Below, in pieces: positions 29,686-39,873 of a stretch of 64,000 nt of DNA (positions are counted from its first letter, which is position 1; every line of letters begins with the position of its first letter). The notes beneath the pieces are model-generated. The model was not told the DNA's origin and made no database searches. It saw only the letters and a program-made list of their open reading frames with translations. The translations under genes were made by a program, and so were the position numbers. The DNA comes from an uncultured Candidatus Saccharibacteria bacterium (GTDB lineage Bacteria > Patescibacteriota > Minisyncoccia > Phycocordibacterales > UBA2100): contig CAYNRJ010000002.1 of NCBI GenBank assembly GCA_964399865.1, forward strand, positions 161,108-225,107, in the 5' to 3' direction.

Positions 29686-30195
29686 ATGAAAAATTTCAGT
29701 ACGAATACCTGGATTATTATTGGAGTCGCAGTTGTCGTTCTTGTCGGAGGCGCTTGGTGGCTCATGGCTCGAGACACCGCGGAGAATGAAAATAATGACG
29801 CTGAAACAAATACTGAAGAAGAGATCGAAGATTCAGATGCTGCTTCCGCTCCAATCGACACCACAACAGTAAATACGACAGTCTCAAACGATGCTTCTAT
29901 TTCTGTTGCCGATCAAAGCGCAGGGACGACCGTGTCTGTTTCTTCCGTAACATTTGCAGAAATCGGTTGGATCGCCATTCGTGATGACCGTGGTTGGACA
30001 CTCGGTGCAAGTCGTTTTCCTGCTGGAACACATTCGAACGTAAAGGTTGAGTTGCTTCGCGGAACAACCGCGGGGGAAAGGTACCAGGTACTTCTATACG
30101 TAGACGACGGAGATGGCGCATTTGATCTCGACAATGAAATTCTCGTAACAAAGAGCGATGGCAGTGTCGCCGGCGCGATGTTTACGGCTAAGTAA
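29686..30195 (+). CDS. Membrane-anchored hypothetical protein with beta-rich C-terminal domain
   Basis: N-terminal TM, acidic linker, DDGDG.FD motif. Confidence 0.7.
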   Translation: MKNFSTNTWIIIGVAVVVLVGGAWWLMARDTAENENNDAETNTEEEIEDSDAASAPIDTTTVNTTVSNDASISVADQSAGTTVSVSSVTFAEIGWIAIRDDRGWTLGASRFPAGTHSNVKVELLRGTTAGERYQVLLYVDDGDGAFDLDNEILVTKSDGSVAGAMFTAK

Positions 30196-30253
30196 AAACC
30201 GCGAAAATCCCCACCCGCACTTGTCAAATCCCAATAAGTGGGTATAATCAGGC

Positions 30254-31306
30254 ATGGGTGTCAAAATCATCAAAGAAGGATTCACCTTCGACGACGTACT
30301 TATCCGGCCTGCTGCAAGCAGAATGGAGCCTTCCGAGGCGTCGCTTAAAACTGTCATTGCCGGGGTAGAGCTCTCTGTCCCGTTCCTTTCTGCTGCCATG
30401 GATCGCGTGACAGAGCCTGCTATGGCAATAGCTCTAGGGAAACTTGGCGGCTTAGGAGTACTCCATCGCAACGTCTCCGTGGAAGATCAGGTCAAGATGG
30501 TTCGCGAAGTAAAAAGCGCGGGCGTTAAAGTCGCGGCTGCCTGTGGTCCTTTTGCAGTTGACCGAGCGAAGGCTCTCGATGACGCAGAATGTGACGTCAT
30601 CGTTATCGATTGCGCACACGGTCATAATTTAAATGTTGTAGAAAGTGCAAAGAAAATAAAGCAAAGTCTCAAGCACGCAAAAATGATATTCGGTAACATC
30701 GCAACCGCAGAAGCTGCGAAAGCTGCGTGCGCATTCGCCGATGCTATTAAAGTTGGTGTGGGTCCTGGCTCCATTTGTACGACACGCATCATCTCGGGTG
30801 TTGGCGTCCCTCAGCTTTCAGCGATCCTTGATGTCGTCTCGGTCGCCGCGAAGAAAAAAGTTCCTGTAATTGCTGACGGAGGAATCCGCACGTCAGGAGA
30901 TATCGCAAAGGCGCTTGCCGCTGGAGCTTCCGCAGTCATGATTGGAAACCTGCTCGCCGGAACTGACGAAGCGCCAGGAAAAGTGGTAGAAAAGGACGGA
31001 AGAAAATTCAAGGAATATCGTGGCATGGGATCTGCTTCGGTTATAAAGAGCGCTGCTGGCCAGGAGCGTTATTTCACTCATGGAAGAAAAGCGGTCGCAG
31101 AGGGAGTTGAAGCTCTCGTCTCATACAAAGGACCCGTTATCGAAGTCATCGCATCCCTCGCGTCCGGTCTACAGGTAGGCATGGGATATGCAGGCGCGAA
31201 GACTATTCCTGAGTTCCACAAGAAAGCAGAATTCATTCGTATCACACACGCATCAATTGCAGAAGGAAAGCCTCATTCGCTCGCACACATTCATTCACAG
31301 GAATAA
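30254..31306 (+). CDS. guaB: IMP dehydrogenase lacking CBS subdomain
   Basis: [27 protein letters not shown] flap dyad, AEG. Confidence 0.9.
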   Translation: MGVKIIKEGFTFDDVLIRPAASRMEPSEASLKTVIAGVELSVPFLSAAMDRVTEPAMAIALGKLGGLGVLHRNVSVEDQVKMVREVKSAGVKVAAACGPFAVDRAKALDDAECDVIVIDCAHGHNLNVVESAKKIKQSLKHAKMIFGNIATAEAAKAACAFADAIKVGVGPGSICTTRIISGVGVPQLSAILDVVSVAAKKKVPVIADGGIRTSGDIAKALAAGASAVMIGNLLAGTDEAPGKVVEKDGRKFKEYRGMGSASVIKSAAGQERYFTHGRKAVAEGVEALVSYKGPVIEVIASLASGLQVGMGYAGAKTIPEFHKKAEFIRITHASIAEGKPHSLAHIHSQE

Positions 31307-31353
31307 TTTCGATTTTTTGGGCACGGTTCCGAGAAGAGAAGTAGTGCGCGAAT

Positions 31354-32310
31354 ATGATGAAGCTACGTGATGTATCAGTCTCAGCAGTCCTTCTCACGGG
31401 CGCGGTTGTTTTCATGTCCCAAACTCCGCTATCTCTGCCGGAGCGTACAGAAATGGAATATCGTCGTCCTCCCGTTTCTTTCACGCCGCAAAGAAATGCG
31501 ACGATACTTTTTGGTGGGGATTTGATGTTTGACCGAAGTGTCAGACAAGTGATGGAGCGCGAGGGCGCGGATTTTATTTTCTCTTGCATGACTGAGACTC
31601 TGGAAGAGCCCGATCTTGTTGTTGCAAACCTTGAAGGCCCCATCACTGAATATCCCTCTATGTCAGTCGGAAGTGTCATTGGTTCTCCGCAAAACTTTAC
31701 ATTCACATTCCCGACCGAAACCGCCTCCATGCTAGCGCGTCACAACATCTCTCTAGTGAATCTGGGAAATAATCACATACGAAATTTCGGCAGCGAAGGG
31801 GTTGTGCAGACAAAACGGTTTCTTGATGAGGCCAATGTCCGTTATTTCGGGACACCGGATGTGCCTGAGCATGAGCGAGTTGCCGAGCTAGAGATAGGAG
31901 GTATTCCATTTTCTTTTGTAAATTGGAGCGATTGGACTAGTGAGGATGTTGAGTCGGTTATAGCAGAGATCAAGAAAGCGGCTGAAAGCGATAGAGTGAC
32001 CGTTGTGTACACACATTGGGGAGAGGAATACATAGAACCGACACCACGTGTTAAAGATCTTGCGCGCGCCTTTGTAGATGCAGGGGCGGAGATAGTGATC
32101 GGATCGCACCCACATGTCGTTCAGGAACATGAGATGTACCACGGGAAGTACGTGTACTATTCCTTGGGAAATTTTGTATTTGATCAGTACTGGAATGATG
32201 AGGTCAGTACCGGACTTTTACTTAAAGTCACTTTTTCAAAAGACGGCGTGAGTGGAGTAAGGGAAATCCCGATCAAACTCGGGCGTGATCGAAGGACGTG
32301 CCTTCTATAA
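31354..32310 (+). CDS. CapA/poly-gamma-glutamate metallophosphatase-family protein
   Basis: GDLM, NLEGP, NNH, HWG.E, GSHPH, YSLGNF. Confidence 0.9.
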   Translation: MMKLRDVSVSAVLLTGAVVFMSQTPLSLPERTEMEYRRPPVSFTPQRNATILFGGDLMFDRSVRQVMEREGADFIFSCMTETLEEPDLVVANLEGPITEYPSMSVGSVIGSPQNFTFTFPTETASMLARHNISLVNLGNNHIRNFGSEGVVQTKRFLDEANVRYFGTPDVPEHERVAELEIGGIPFSFVNWSDWTSEDVESVIAEIKKAAESDRVTVVYTHWGEEYIEPTPRVKDLARAFVDAGAEIVIGSHPHVVQEHEMYHGKYVYYSLGNFVFDQYWNDEVSTGLLLKVTFSKDGVSGVREIPIKLGRDRRTCLL

Positions 32311-33450
32311 TTCTCCGTTTTTTATTGCCCTGCGGACTTTTGCGGCGAGCGCATTGAAATAATGCACGTTGTGCATGGTCGCCAATTTCATGCCGCTTAA
32401 TTCTCGCGCGCGGAGTAGATGTGCGATGTAACTGCGTGAGTATGATGCACACACGTCGCACGTACACGTTTTATCAATCGCGCCCGTGTCTTTAAGAAAT
32501 GTCGGTTTTCGGAGGTCCAGTCTTCCCTTTGAAGTAAAAAGTATTCCACGGCGTGCGTAATGCGTGGGCGCTATGCAATCAAACGTATCCATCCCGCTCT
32601 CAGCGAGAATTTCGAAATCCTCCGGGTGTCCGATACCAAGCGCATGACGTGGTTTTCCTTCTGGTAATATGTCTACCGCCCACCCCATTAACTTTCCCAT
32701 TCCGAGCTTGTCGTAGCCGTATTCACCGCCAATTGCAAAACCTTCAAAAGGAAGCGCTCCGATCACCGTCGCGCTTTCTTCTCGTAGGTCGCGATGCGAT
32801 CCTCCTTGTACTATGCCGTACATTGCTTGCGCATTGGACCGTCTTGCGTCGAGGGACTTCTTTGCCCAACGATGCGTTTTTTCAAGAGAGGTGTGCATGT
32901 ATTCTTTTGTTGCAGAAGGGGACGGGCATTCATCGAATGCGAGGATGATGTCGGCGCCGAGCGCTTCCTGAATGTGTATGGATTCCTTTGGGCCAAGAAA
33001 GAGTTCTTTGCCATCGATAGGGGAGCGGAAATGAACACCATCATCAGTGATCTTTAAATGGACTGGCTGCATATCCCTCTCCACCATTTTTCCGGTCGGC
33101 GTCTTAAGGATCTTCCCGATGCCGTGGTCTTTTCCAAACCCAAGGCTATATACCTGGAAACCGCCGGAATCTGTCATCATCGGCTTTTTCCAATTCATAA
33201 ACTTATGCAGCCCACCGGCTTTTTTGACAATTTTTTCGCCAGGCGCGAGGTGTAAGTGATACGTATTCGCAATGAGCGCAGGTGTACCTGCTTCTTCAAC
33301 TTCTTCGCTATCGAGCATCCGTACAGTGGCATGTGTAGCGACAGTAATGAATGCGGGTGTTTCGATCTCGCCGTGAGGCGTAGAAATAACGCCAAGTCGC
33401 GCCCGACTCTTCTTCGATTTCTTCAATATCTTGAACCCAAACGATTTCAT
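32305..33450 (-). CDS. tgt: tRNA-guanine transglycosylase
   Basis: NTYHL, TDSGGFQ, GIVQGG, DTFDC, CxCxxC...H zinc site. Confidence 0.95.
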   Translation of the reverse strand: MKSFGFKILKKSKKSRARLGVISTPHGEIETPAFITVATHATVRMLDSEEVEEAGTPALIANTYHLHLAPGEKIVKKAGGLHKFMNWKKPMMTDSGGFQVYSLGFGKDHGIGKILKTPTGKMVERDMQPVHLKITDDGVHFRSPIDGKELFLGPKESIHIQEALGADIILAFDECPSPSATKEYMHTSLEKTHRWAKKSLDARRSNAQAMYGIVQGGSHRDLREESATVIGALPFEGFAIGGEYGYDKLGMGKLMGWAVDILPEGKPRHALGIGHPEDFEILAESGMDTFDCIAPTHYARRGILFTSKGRLDLRKPTFLKDTGAIDKTCTCDVCASYSRSYIAHLLRARELSGMKLATMHNVHYFNALAAKVRRAIKNGEL

Positions 33451-33537
33451 CGGGACAGCATACCTGAACTTATCCGTAATCAGAAACAGAATAGTACGAT
33501 TGCTAAATGACCGAAAAATACGTACTATGCCTCAGAT

Positions 33538-33611
33538 TGCGGGATCGTCTAATGGTAGGACTACTGCCTCTGGAGCAGTGTATCTTGGTTCGAATCCAAG
33601 TCCCGCAGCCA
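33538..33611 (+). tRNA. tRNA-Gln(CTG)
   Basis: Acceptor TGCGGGA/TCCCGCA-G-CCA, anticodon arm ACTGC-CTCTGGA-GCAGT, GTTCGAA T-loop. Confidence 0.97.
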
Positions 33612-33690
33612 CCACATGCTAAGTCAGGTGACTGACATGCATCAGGTCTCTATTCCGAAAAGGCATACCCGCTGAGTGCGGCATTCAAGA

Positions 33691-33724
33691 CAGAAAAGTC
33701 GCCCCGAAATGGGCGACTTTTCTG
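33691..33724. terminator. Bidirectional terminator hairpin
   Basis: CAGAAAAGTCGCCC-cgaaat-GGGCGACTTTTCTG perfect inverted repeat at recombinase stop. Confidence 0.8.
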
Positions 33725-35008
33725 TTATTCGAGCGTTATCTTTTTATCCTTCAGAAACAGTTTGCTTTGGAGGCATCCGAGCAATTCGCGCTTCTCTATA
33801 AGAGTTCCTTCTCTCAATAAGTACTTTGTGTAATTTCGTACATCCACATCAATAGCTATTTTGTCCTGCTTGTGTCCGAGCACACCTGATCTAAATTTGT
33901 TGAAGCGTTTTATCTCATCTTCGATTCTTGTTCTTACCCCAAGCTCGTCTAAGTTTACTGTATCCATTAATCCGATGAGTTCTTCAATCAGACTCGGCTC
34001 GTTTATCGGAGAATTCTTGCAGTCTATGTTTCGTGCCTTTGTGCAGAAGTAATACACGTGTCGATTCACGCCGCCATCTTTCAGTTTTTTGAATTTTTCG
34101 TCGGCTGATATCCCTGATCCACAGTGTCCGCATCGTATGAGTCTCGTAAAGGCGAACTCTTTGCTCTCAGTCTTTGGTATGTAGTTCGCATTCAGCGTCA
34201 TCTGTACTTTCATGAACAATTCTTTATCTATAATCGGCACATGTTTTCCTGTGTACCACTGTCCAGCACCTACTGGGTATTCAAAGTCTCCGTAGTAGAA
34301 CGGATTCCGTAAAATGATGTAAACATTTGCAAGCACAAGTGGTTTACCACGATGCGTCTTGAAGTCGATCTCTTTCAACCATCGGTATAATTTACGTCCG
34401 CTCCATTGTTCGTGTGCAACTTTCTCGAACATTTGCTTGATGACAGGCCCACGTTTTGGATCGATTCTGCACTGGCATTTTTTGTCGACATGTTTTTCGT
34501 TCAAGTATCCTGTCGGTGCAACTCCGGGTCTCCATCCCATTTCACATCTAGTGCGAAGTCCACGCTTCACATTTACTGCTTTGTTATCGTTCTCAAGTTT
34601 CGCCTGACTCCCCAGAATCATCAGAAGGAATTTCTCATTCGGGTTGTTGGTGAACTTCTGCCCATACGTGCGTATCTCGTGCAGGAGTTTCTGATCCATC
34701 AGATCTACGACCGACCCCAAATCTCCAGCATTTCTACTTAATCTATCTGGTGCCCATGTGAGTATTGCGTTGAATTTCTTCGAGCGTATATCCTCGATCA
34801 TTTGGTTGTACACAGGGCGTTGCCCAACCTCCTTTGAAGAGTGGGCCTCTCGTTTTATCTCGACAATATGCAGATGCTCTCGTTCAGCCAGTACCTGCAT
34901 TTCCTTTACTTGCGACTCTATTGAAAGCGCTTGCTTATCCTCCGCTTCGGTACTCTTACGGGCATAGAGGCAGTAGCGTAAAGCCTCTTGTGGTTGTGTT
35001 TTTTCCAT
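33725..35008 (-). CDS. Large serine recombinase
   Basis: YARKST catalytic Ser, DRLSRN, recombinase domain, CGHCG...YYFC zinc ribbon. Confidence 0.95.
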   Translation of the reverse strand: MEKTQPQEALRYCLYARKSTEAEDKQALSIESQVKEMQVLAEREHLHIVEIKREAHSSKEVGQRPVYNQMIEDIRSKKFNAILTWAPDRLSRNAGDLGSVVDLMDQKLLHEIRTYGQKFTNNPNEKFLLMILGSQAKLENDNKAVNVKRGLRTRCEMGWRPGVAPTGYLNEKHVDKKCQCRIDPKRGPVIKQMFEKVAHEQWSGRKLYRWLKEIDFKTHRGKPLVLANVYIILRNPFYYGDFEYPVGAGQWYTGKHVPIIDKELFMKVQMTLNANYIPKTESKEFAFTRLIRCGHCGSGISADEKFKKLKDGGVNRHVYYFCTKARNIDCKNSPINEPSLIEELIGLMDTVNLDELGVRTRIEDEIKRFNKFRSGVLGHKQDKIAIDVDVRNYTKYLLREGTLIEKRELLGCLQSKLFLKDKKITLE

Positions 35009-35077
35009 ATACCACAAGAGATGACGCGATGGCCCTTAGGAGTCTAGGACGCATCAGTTGGTAACTGGGTGCCCAAA

Positions 35078-35093
35078 TACCCCCCATGGGGTA
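35078..35093. promoter_or_regulatory. CsoR-type operator upstream of Dsb/nirK cargo
   Basis: TACCCC-CCAT-GGGGTA palindrome, same pattern as the site before csoR. Confidence 0.65.
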
Positions 35094-35131
35094 GGTTTTT
35101 TCTTTATGAATTCCAGCTATACTATTCAGTA

Positions 35132-35545
35132 ATGACCTCTTGGTTTTCAATAATCGGAAAAGTGCTGCTTATCTTTGGACTTGTAGCCTTTTTGTCCCTT
35201 GGCATTTTTAGCGTGTCGAGTTCGACCATGAGCACGATGAACAGCAACGCAAACTGTCCTTTCGGTGGTCACTCAATAGTTATCTGTAAGATGAATCCGA
35301 TGGAACATATAGAGGAGTGGCAGAGCATGTTCACGATGCTACCAGCTCAAGACCTACTTTCGCTCCTTTTTGCACTCTTTGCACTTCTCGCTATAAGCAA
35401 ACTTAGATTCTGGAGTAAATTTTCAACACCTGAACCACCCCTTTTGCTTTCAAAGAATCAATACGCTCTTACAAACAGTTTTCGGATATTTGATCCGCTT
35501 AAGGAGGCGTTTTCAAGCGGAATTTTAAATCCCAAGATTTTCTAA
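35132..35545 (+). CDS. Hypothetical membrane protein with Cys/His/Met cluster
   Basis: TM segments, CPFGGH...CKMNPMEH; TATACT just upstream of ATG 35132. Confidence 0.65.
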   Translation: MTSWFSIIGKVLLIFGLVAFLSLGIFSVSSSTMSTMNSNANCPFGGHSIVICKMNPMEHIEEWQSMFTMLPAQDLLSLLFALFALLAISKLRFWSKFSTPEPPLLLSKNQYALTNSFRIFDPLKEAFSSGILNPKIF

Positions 35546-35609
35546 ATAGTGTTTCTTTCTGTTAGGCAGTGCTTATCGGGCGCTGGCTTTATTAATTTAA
35601 TTTTATTCT

Positions 35610-36347
35610 ATGGAAGAAACAACACAACCACAACCAAAAACGCTTCTCACCATGCCAGTTGCAGTAATCATTGCCGGAGCACTTATTGCCGGTGCAGTTA
35701 TCTACAGCGGCAGCAAAACAGAGAGCCGAGAAGCGGCTAACAATCCGCAACAGCAGGTCGCCGCACAACAGACCGGTGATCTCGAGGCAATGAAACCGGT
35801 GTCAAAAGAAGATCATATACGAGGTAATCCGGATGCGCCGGTAAAGATTGTCGAATACTCGGACACCGAGTGCCCATTCTGCAAACGATTCCACCCGACC
35901 CTGCAACAGGTCATGGATGAATACGGCAAGAGCGGCAAAGTCGCGTGGGTATATCGGCACTTTCCACTCGATCAACTACACTCGAAAGCCCGCAAGGAAT
36001 CAGAGGCAACGGAATGTGCGGCGGAGCTTGGAGGCAATGATAAGTTCTGGGCGTACTTGGATCGGCTTATGGAAGTCACTCCGGCAAACAATGGACTCGA
36101 TCCGGCCGAGCTTCCGAAGATCGCACAGTATGTCGGTCTTGATACAGCCAAGTTCAATGAATGCCTCTCAAGCGGTAAGTACGCAAAGAAAATTGAGGAG
36201 CACGTGCAGAATGCAGTCGCTACCGGCGGCAACGGTACGCCGTGGAGCATTGTCGTAGGATCGAACGGCAAGAAGTATCCGCTCTCTGGAGCACAACCGT
36301 ACACGGCAGTAAAACAGCTCATTGATTCTGCTCTCGCTGGCAAGTAA
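35610..36347 (+). CDS. DsbA family protein
   Basis: EYSDTECPFCK, RHFPL, GTP. Confidence 0.92.
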   Translation: MEETTQPQPKTLLTMPVAVIIAGALIAGAVIYSGSKTESREAANNPQQQVAAQQTGDLEAMKPVSKEDHIRGNPDAPVKIVEYSDTECPFCKRFHPTLQQVMDEYGKSGKVAWVYRHFPLDQLHSKARKESEATECAAELGGNDKFWAYLDRLMEVTPANNGLDPAELPKIAQYVGLDTAKFNECLSSGKYAKKIEEHVQNAVATGGNGTPWSIVVGSNGKKYPLSGAQPYTAVKQLIDSALAGK

Positions 36348-36352
36348 CGAGT

Positions 36353-36886
36353 ATGCAAGCCTTACTCAGCGTATTAAAAACGAGACGTTCACTGCTCATT
36401 GCGGTATGTGTGGCCGTATTCGTTTTTGCGCTCGCAGTGTGGCTACCCAATTTGCAGCTTCTAGCTACATTTTGGACTGATTCCGACGTGTCCATTACCG
36501 ACAAGGTTGCATTGTCATTGAAGCTCATTCCCTCAATCGCGACTAACTTCACCCTTCTCTCTGCCCTTTATACCGTTGTGATCGCGGTGCTCGCCGGAAT
36601 CAATGCGGCACTTATCACCGAACTGATCCGGACACGACGGATGGCAGTAGACGGAGTAGCTGCCGGTGGAGCAGGAATCATCGCAGGAGCGCTTGGTATC
36701 GGTTGTGCCGCATGTGGTTCGCTGATTATTACCGCGCTAGTCGGAACAAGCGTGGGAGCAACTCTAGTCGCTTTCTTACCGCTTGGAGACAATGAGTTCG
36801 GACTTATCGGCGTCGGCTTACTCGGCTATTCTATGTATCTCTTGACGAAGCAAATTAACAAAACAACGTGTGAAATAACAATATGA
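36353..36886 (+). CDS. Membrane protein with CxxC motif
   Basis: Multiple TM, GCAACG. Confidence 0.75.
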   Translation: MQALLSVLKTRRSLLIAVCVAVFVFALAVWLPNLQLLATFWTDSDVSITDKVALSLKLIPSIATNFTLLSALYTVVIAVLAGINAALITELIRTRRMAVDGVAAGGAGIIAGALGIGCAACGSLIITALVGTSVGATLVAFLPLGDNEFGLIGVGLLGYSMYLLTKQINKTTCEITI

Positions 36887-37545
36887 AAATGAAAAGTACC
36901 TATATCTGGCTCGGCGTGGGTGTTGTAATTATTGGCGCTCTGTTCATTTCCGCAAAGTTTCTTGATAAGACTCCCGCTCCCGCAGTATCGGGTCCTGAAA
37001 CAACAAACATACTGGCGGTAGTGGCAGATGACCACATGAAAGGAAATCCGGACGCGAAAGTGACACTCGTCGAATACCTCGACTTTGAATGCGAGGCATG
37101 TGGCGCGTACTATCCGCTTATCAAACAACTTGGTGCGGAATTCCCGAACGACCTCCGTGTCGTGACGCGCTACTTCCCACTGCCCGGGCACAAGAACAGC
37201 ATGACTGCGGCAATTGCAGTCGAAGCGGCGTCAAAGCAAGATAAGTATTGGGAGATGCACGACAAGCTCTTCGAGACGCAAGAGACGTGGGGCAACAAAC
37301 AGATGCCGACGCCGCAAGTCTTTGAGCAATACGCACAAAAGATTGGTCTCGACATGGAAAAATTCAAGGCCGATGTGGCTGATCCTGCGACGAAAGCTCG
37401 GGTACAGCGCGATTTCGACGCGAGCGAGAAGCTCGGCAACAACGCTACCCCCTCTCTCTTTGTGAACGGGAAGAAGATACAGAATCCCAAAAGTTACGAG
37501 GCGTTCAAGCAGCTTATTCAATCGGAAATTGATAAAGCAAATTGA
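36883..37545 (+). CDS. DsbA family protein (BdbD-like)
   Basis: EYLDFECEAC, RYFPL, ATP cis-Pro loop. Confidence 0.9.
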   Translation: MKMKSTYIWLGVGVVIIGALFISAKFLDKTPAPAVSGPETTNILAVVADDHMKGNPDAKVTLVEYLDFECEACGAYYPLIKQLGAEFPNDLRVVTRYFPLPGHKNSMTAAIAVEAASKQDKYWEMHDKLFETQETWGNKQMPTPQVFEQYAQKIGLDMEKFKADVADPATKARVQRDFDASEKLGNNATPSLFVNGKKIQNPKSYEAFKQLIQSEIDKAN

Positions 37546-37549
37546 TAGT

Positions 37550-38113
37550 ATGACCCTTGACGCCTACTCAACCATCCTCGTATCCGGTTCAATCGCGATG
37601 TTTGCGGCACTTCTCGGGGCATGCATGGCATATTTCGCGTCACTCACCGCACGGAAAAAGTTGAGAGATATTCCGTACGAATATTACCTATCCGCTCTCG
37701 CTGCCATCTCACTCATTGCCATCGCGGGATCGTTAACCTATCAGCTCGTATACCTGACTCCGGTCTGCGAATTGTGCTGGTGGCAGCGCATCTTTCTGTA
37801 TCCGGTGAGCGTAATAACGCTTGTGGCGTTATGGTACAAGACGCGTGAGACACACGTAACGGTCGCGATACTTGCTGCGTTCGGGTTGTGGTATGCGCTC
37901 TACCATTACTATTATCATTTTCAGGGATTCGTTCTTGGTAATACACTGACGCTTCCGTGCTCGTACGGCGGACTCATGCCTGCGTGCACGGACTCGCCGA
38001 TCCTAGTGTTTGGATTCGCAACCATTCCTTTCATGGGCATCATGGTCTTCGGCAGTATACTGATGCTGTCAGGCCTTGCCTTTGGAACGCTATACCGAAC
38101 TCACAGCAAATAA
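37550..38113 (+). CDS. Disulfide bond formation protein DsbB/BdbC
   Basis: CELCWWQR, second Cys pair, TM helices. Confidence 0.9.
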   Translation: MTLDAYSTILVSGSIAMFAALLGACMAYFASLTARKKLRDIPYEYYLSALAAISLIAIAGSLTYQLVYLTPVCELCWWQRIFLYPVSVITLVALWYKTRETHVTVAILAAFGLWYALYHYYYHFQGFVLGNTLTLPCSYGGLMPACTDSPILVFGFATIPFMGIMVFGSILMLSGLAFGTLYRTHSK

Positions 38114-38165
38114 TTATTCTCGCAGTTATTAAATAAACACATCAAAGCTCAGTAATATAGTTCTT

Positions 38166-39386
38166 ATGGAATTACTATCGTACCTTTGGCAGTACATCGT
38201 CCAAACATTCGGTCTCATCATCGCGTACGGAGCCGCAGCGGTTCTGTTGTTTCTTCTGTTGCGCCGGTTTCATTCGTGGAAGATAACGGCCGCGCTGGTC
38301 GCGATTTTCATCGGTATCTCGATCGCGTTCTATCTTCCGAATGGCCTCCCGAATAGTTTGCAATATCCATTGAGCTTACAGACATTCGGTCCGAGTGAGG
38401 GCCCCGTGCTTCCGTTCAAGAATGTCGTACAGTTTTTCAGGAATTTCAATTCGTTTGAACGGATAAAAAACATCGCAAAGAATCCTGCCGATTTACCGCC
38501 GCCGTTAAACCGCACCGAGCCGCAAGTGGTTAAGATCGAGTTGACAACAAAAGAAGTTATCGCGGACATCGCGCCCGGAGTCACGCTCAATTACTGGACC
38601 TTCAACGGTACTGTGCCGGGGCCGTTCCTGCGCGCTCGCGAAGGCGACACGGTGGAACTCACGCTCACAAACGATACGACCAGCCTCCACGTGCACAATA
38701 TAGATTTGCATGCGGTCAACGGCCCTGGCGGAGGTGCCGGGGCGACTAACGTCGCTCCCGGGGAATCGAAGACTTTCCGTTTCAAAGCGCTCAACCCCGG
38801 CCTCTATGTGTACCACTGTGCCCATCCCAATGTGCCAAGCCATATGACGCACGGACTCTACGGGCTTATCCTCATCGAATCGAAAGAGGGATTGCCGCCT
38901 GTCGACAAGGAATTTTACGTCATGCAGGGAGAATTCTACACCTCGGGCGCTTTGGGCCGGAAGGGACTACAGCTCTTCGATGCGCAGGCGATGCTCGATG
39001 GGAAACCGCAGTACGTCGTGTTCAACGGAAAGACAGGCGCTCTTACAGACGTCATGAACGTAGACGTCGGCGAAACCGTGCGGCTCTATGTGGGAAATGG
39101 CGGTGTCAACCTCGTTTCGAGTTTCCACGTCATAGGCGAAGTGTTCGACAAAGTATATAGAGAGGGAGACATAGTGAGCCCCCCCGCGCGAAGCGTTCAG
39201 ACGACTCTCATTCCGGCAGGTGGTGCAGCTGTCGTCGAGTTCAAAGCCGACTATCCAGGTAACTACGTGCTTGTCGACCATGCACTCGCGAGAGTCGACC
39301 GCGGTGCATGGGGCCTGCTTAAAGTTGAAGGTGAACCTGATCCGAAAGTATTCGACGGAAAAATTGAAAGCGGAGGCGGGCATTAA
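38166..39386 (+). CDS. nirK: Copper-containing nitrite reductase with N-terminal membrane anchor
   Basis: WTFNG.VPGP, HNIDLHA, YHCA....H, SSFHVIG, LVDHAL. Confidence 0.9.
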   Translation: MELLSYLWQYIVQTFGLIIAYGAAAVLLFLLLRRFHSWKITAALVAIFIGISIAFYLPNGLPNSLQYPLSLQTFGPSEGPVLPFKNVVQFFRNFNSFERIKNIAKNPADLPPPLNRTEPQVVKIELTTKEVIADIAPGVTLNYWTFNGTVPGPFLRAREGDTVELTLTNDTTSLHVHNIDLHAVNGPGGGAGATNVAPGESKTFRFKALNPGLYVYHCAHPNVPSHMTHGLYGLILIESKEGLPPVDKEFYVMQGEFYTSGALGRKGLQLFDAQAMLDGKPQYVVFNGKTGALTDVMNVDVGETVRLYVGNGGVNLVSSFHVIGEVFDKVYREGDIVSPPARSVQTTLIPAGGAAVVEFKADYPGNYVLVDHALARVDRGAWGLLKVEGEPDPKVFDGKIESGGGH

Positions 39387-39458
39387 TAAAAACAGTTACT
39401 TACTATTTGTGGAAAATACAACATCAGAAAGGAACGATGCTTCGGCAGTGAATAAGGC

Positions 39459-39656
39459 AAGGTTGCCGTGACTGAAGCAGAAATAGATACCTACCTTAAA
39501 GACTCAAAAGCTACTCCTCCGAAGGACGTAAAGATGGAGGACTTCAGAAGACAGATAAGCGATCAGCTCAAACAACAAAAATTCCAGCAGGAGGCACAGA
39601 AGTGGGTATCCGATCTTACCGCAAGTGCGAAGATAAAGTATTACGTAAATTACTAA
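39459..39656 (+). pseudogene. C-terminal remnant of SurA/PrsA-like chaperone
   Basis: VTEAEID...ISDQLKQQK..QEAQKWV.DL.ASAKI pattern; in-frame stop just upstream, no N-terminus. Confidence 0.5.
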
Positions 39657-39676
39657 TCTTAATCATTCATAATTTT

Positions 39677-39859
39677 ATGAACATTCAACTCGTATTAAAA
39701 GCATTAAAAGATCATGCAAAAGAAGAAATTCGTATCCACAAGGAAATATTCAGTGAGGCTGGTGGAGATGTGAAAGACCTGGTCGAAAAACACTTGAGTG
39801 ACACCATGGCGATTCACAAAGCTTTCTGGAAAAAACTCAAGAAAGCCGTTGAAAAATAA
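39677..39859 (+). CDS. Small helical His-containing hypothetical protein
   Basis: 60 aa ORF in cargo orientation. Confidence 0.5.
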   Translation: MNIQLVLKALKDHAKEEIRIHKEIFSEAGGDVKDLVEKHLSDTMAIHKAFWKKLKKAVEK

Positions 39860-39873
39860 CAAATCACTTATGA

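Noticed and set aside
22840-31306. Shortened ValRS and CBS-less GuaB as pseudogenes
   Set aside because: Catalytic motifs are intact and the frames uninterrupted; such domain losses are known natural variants
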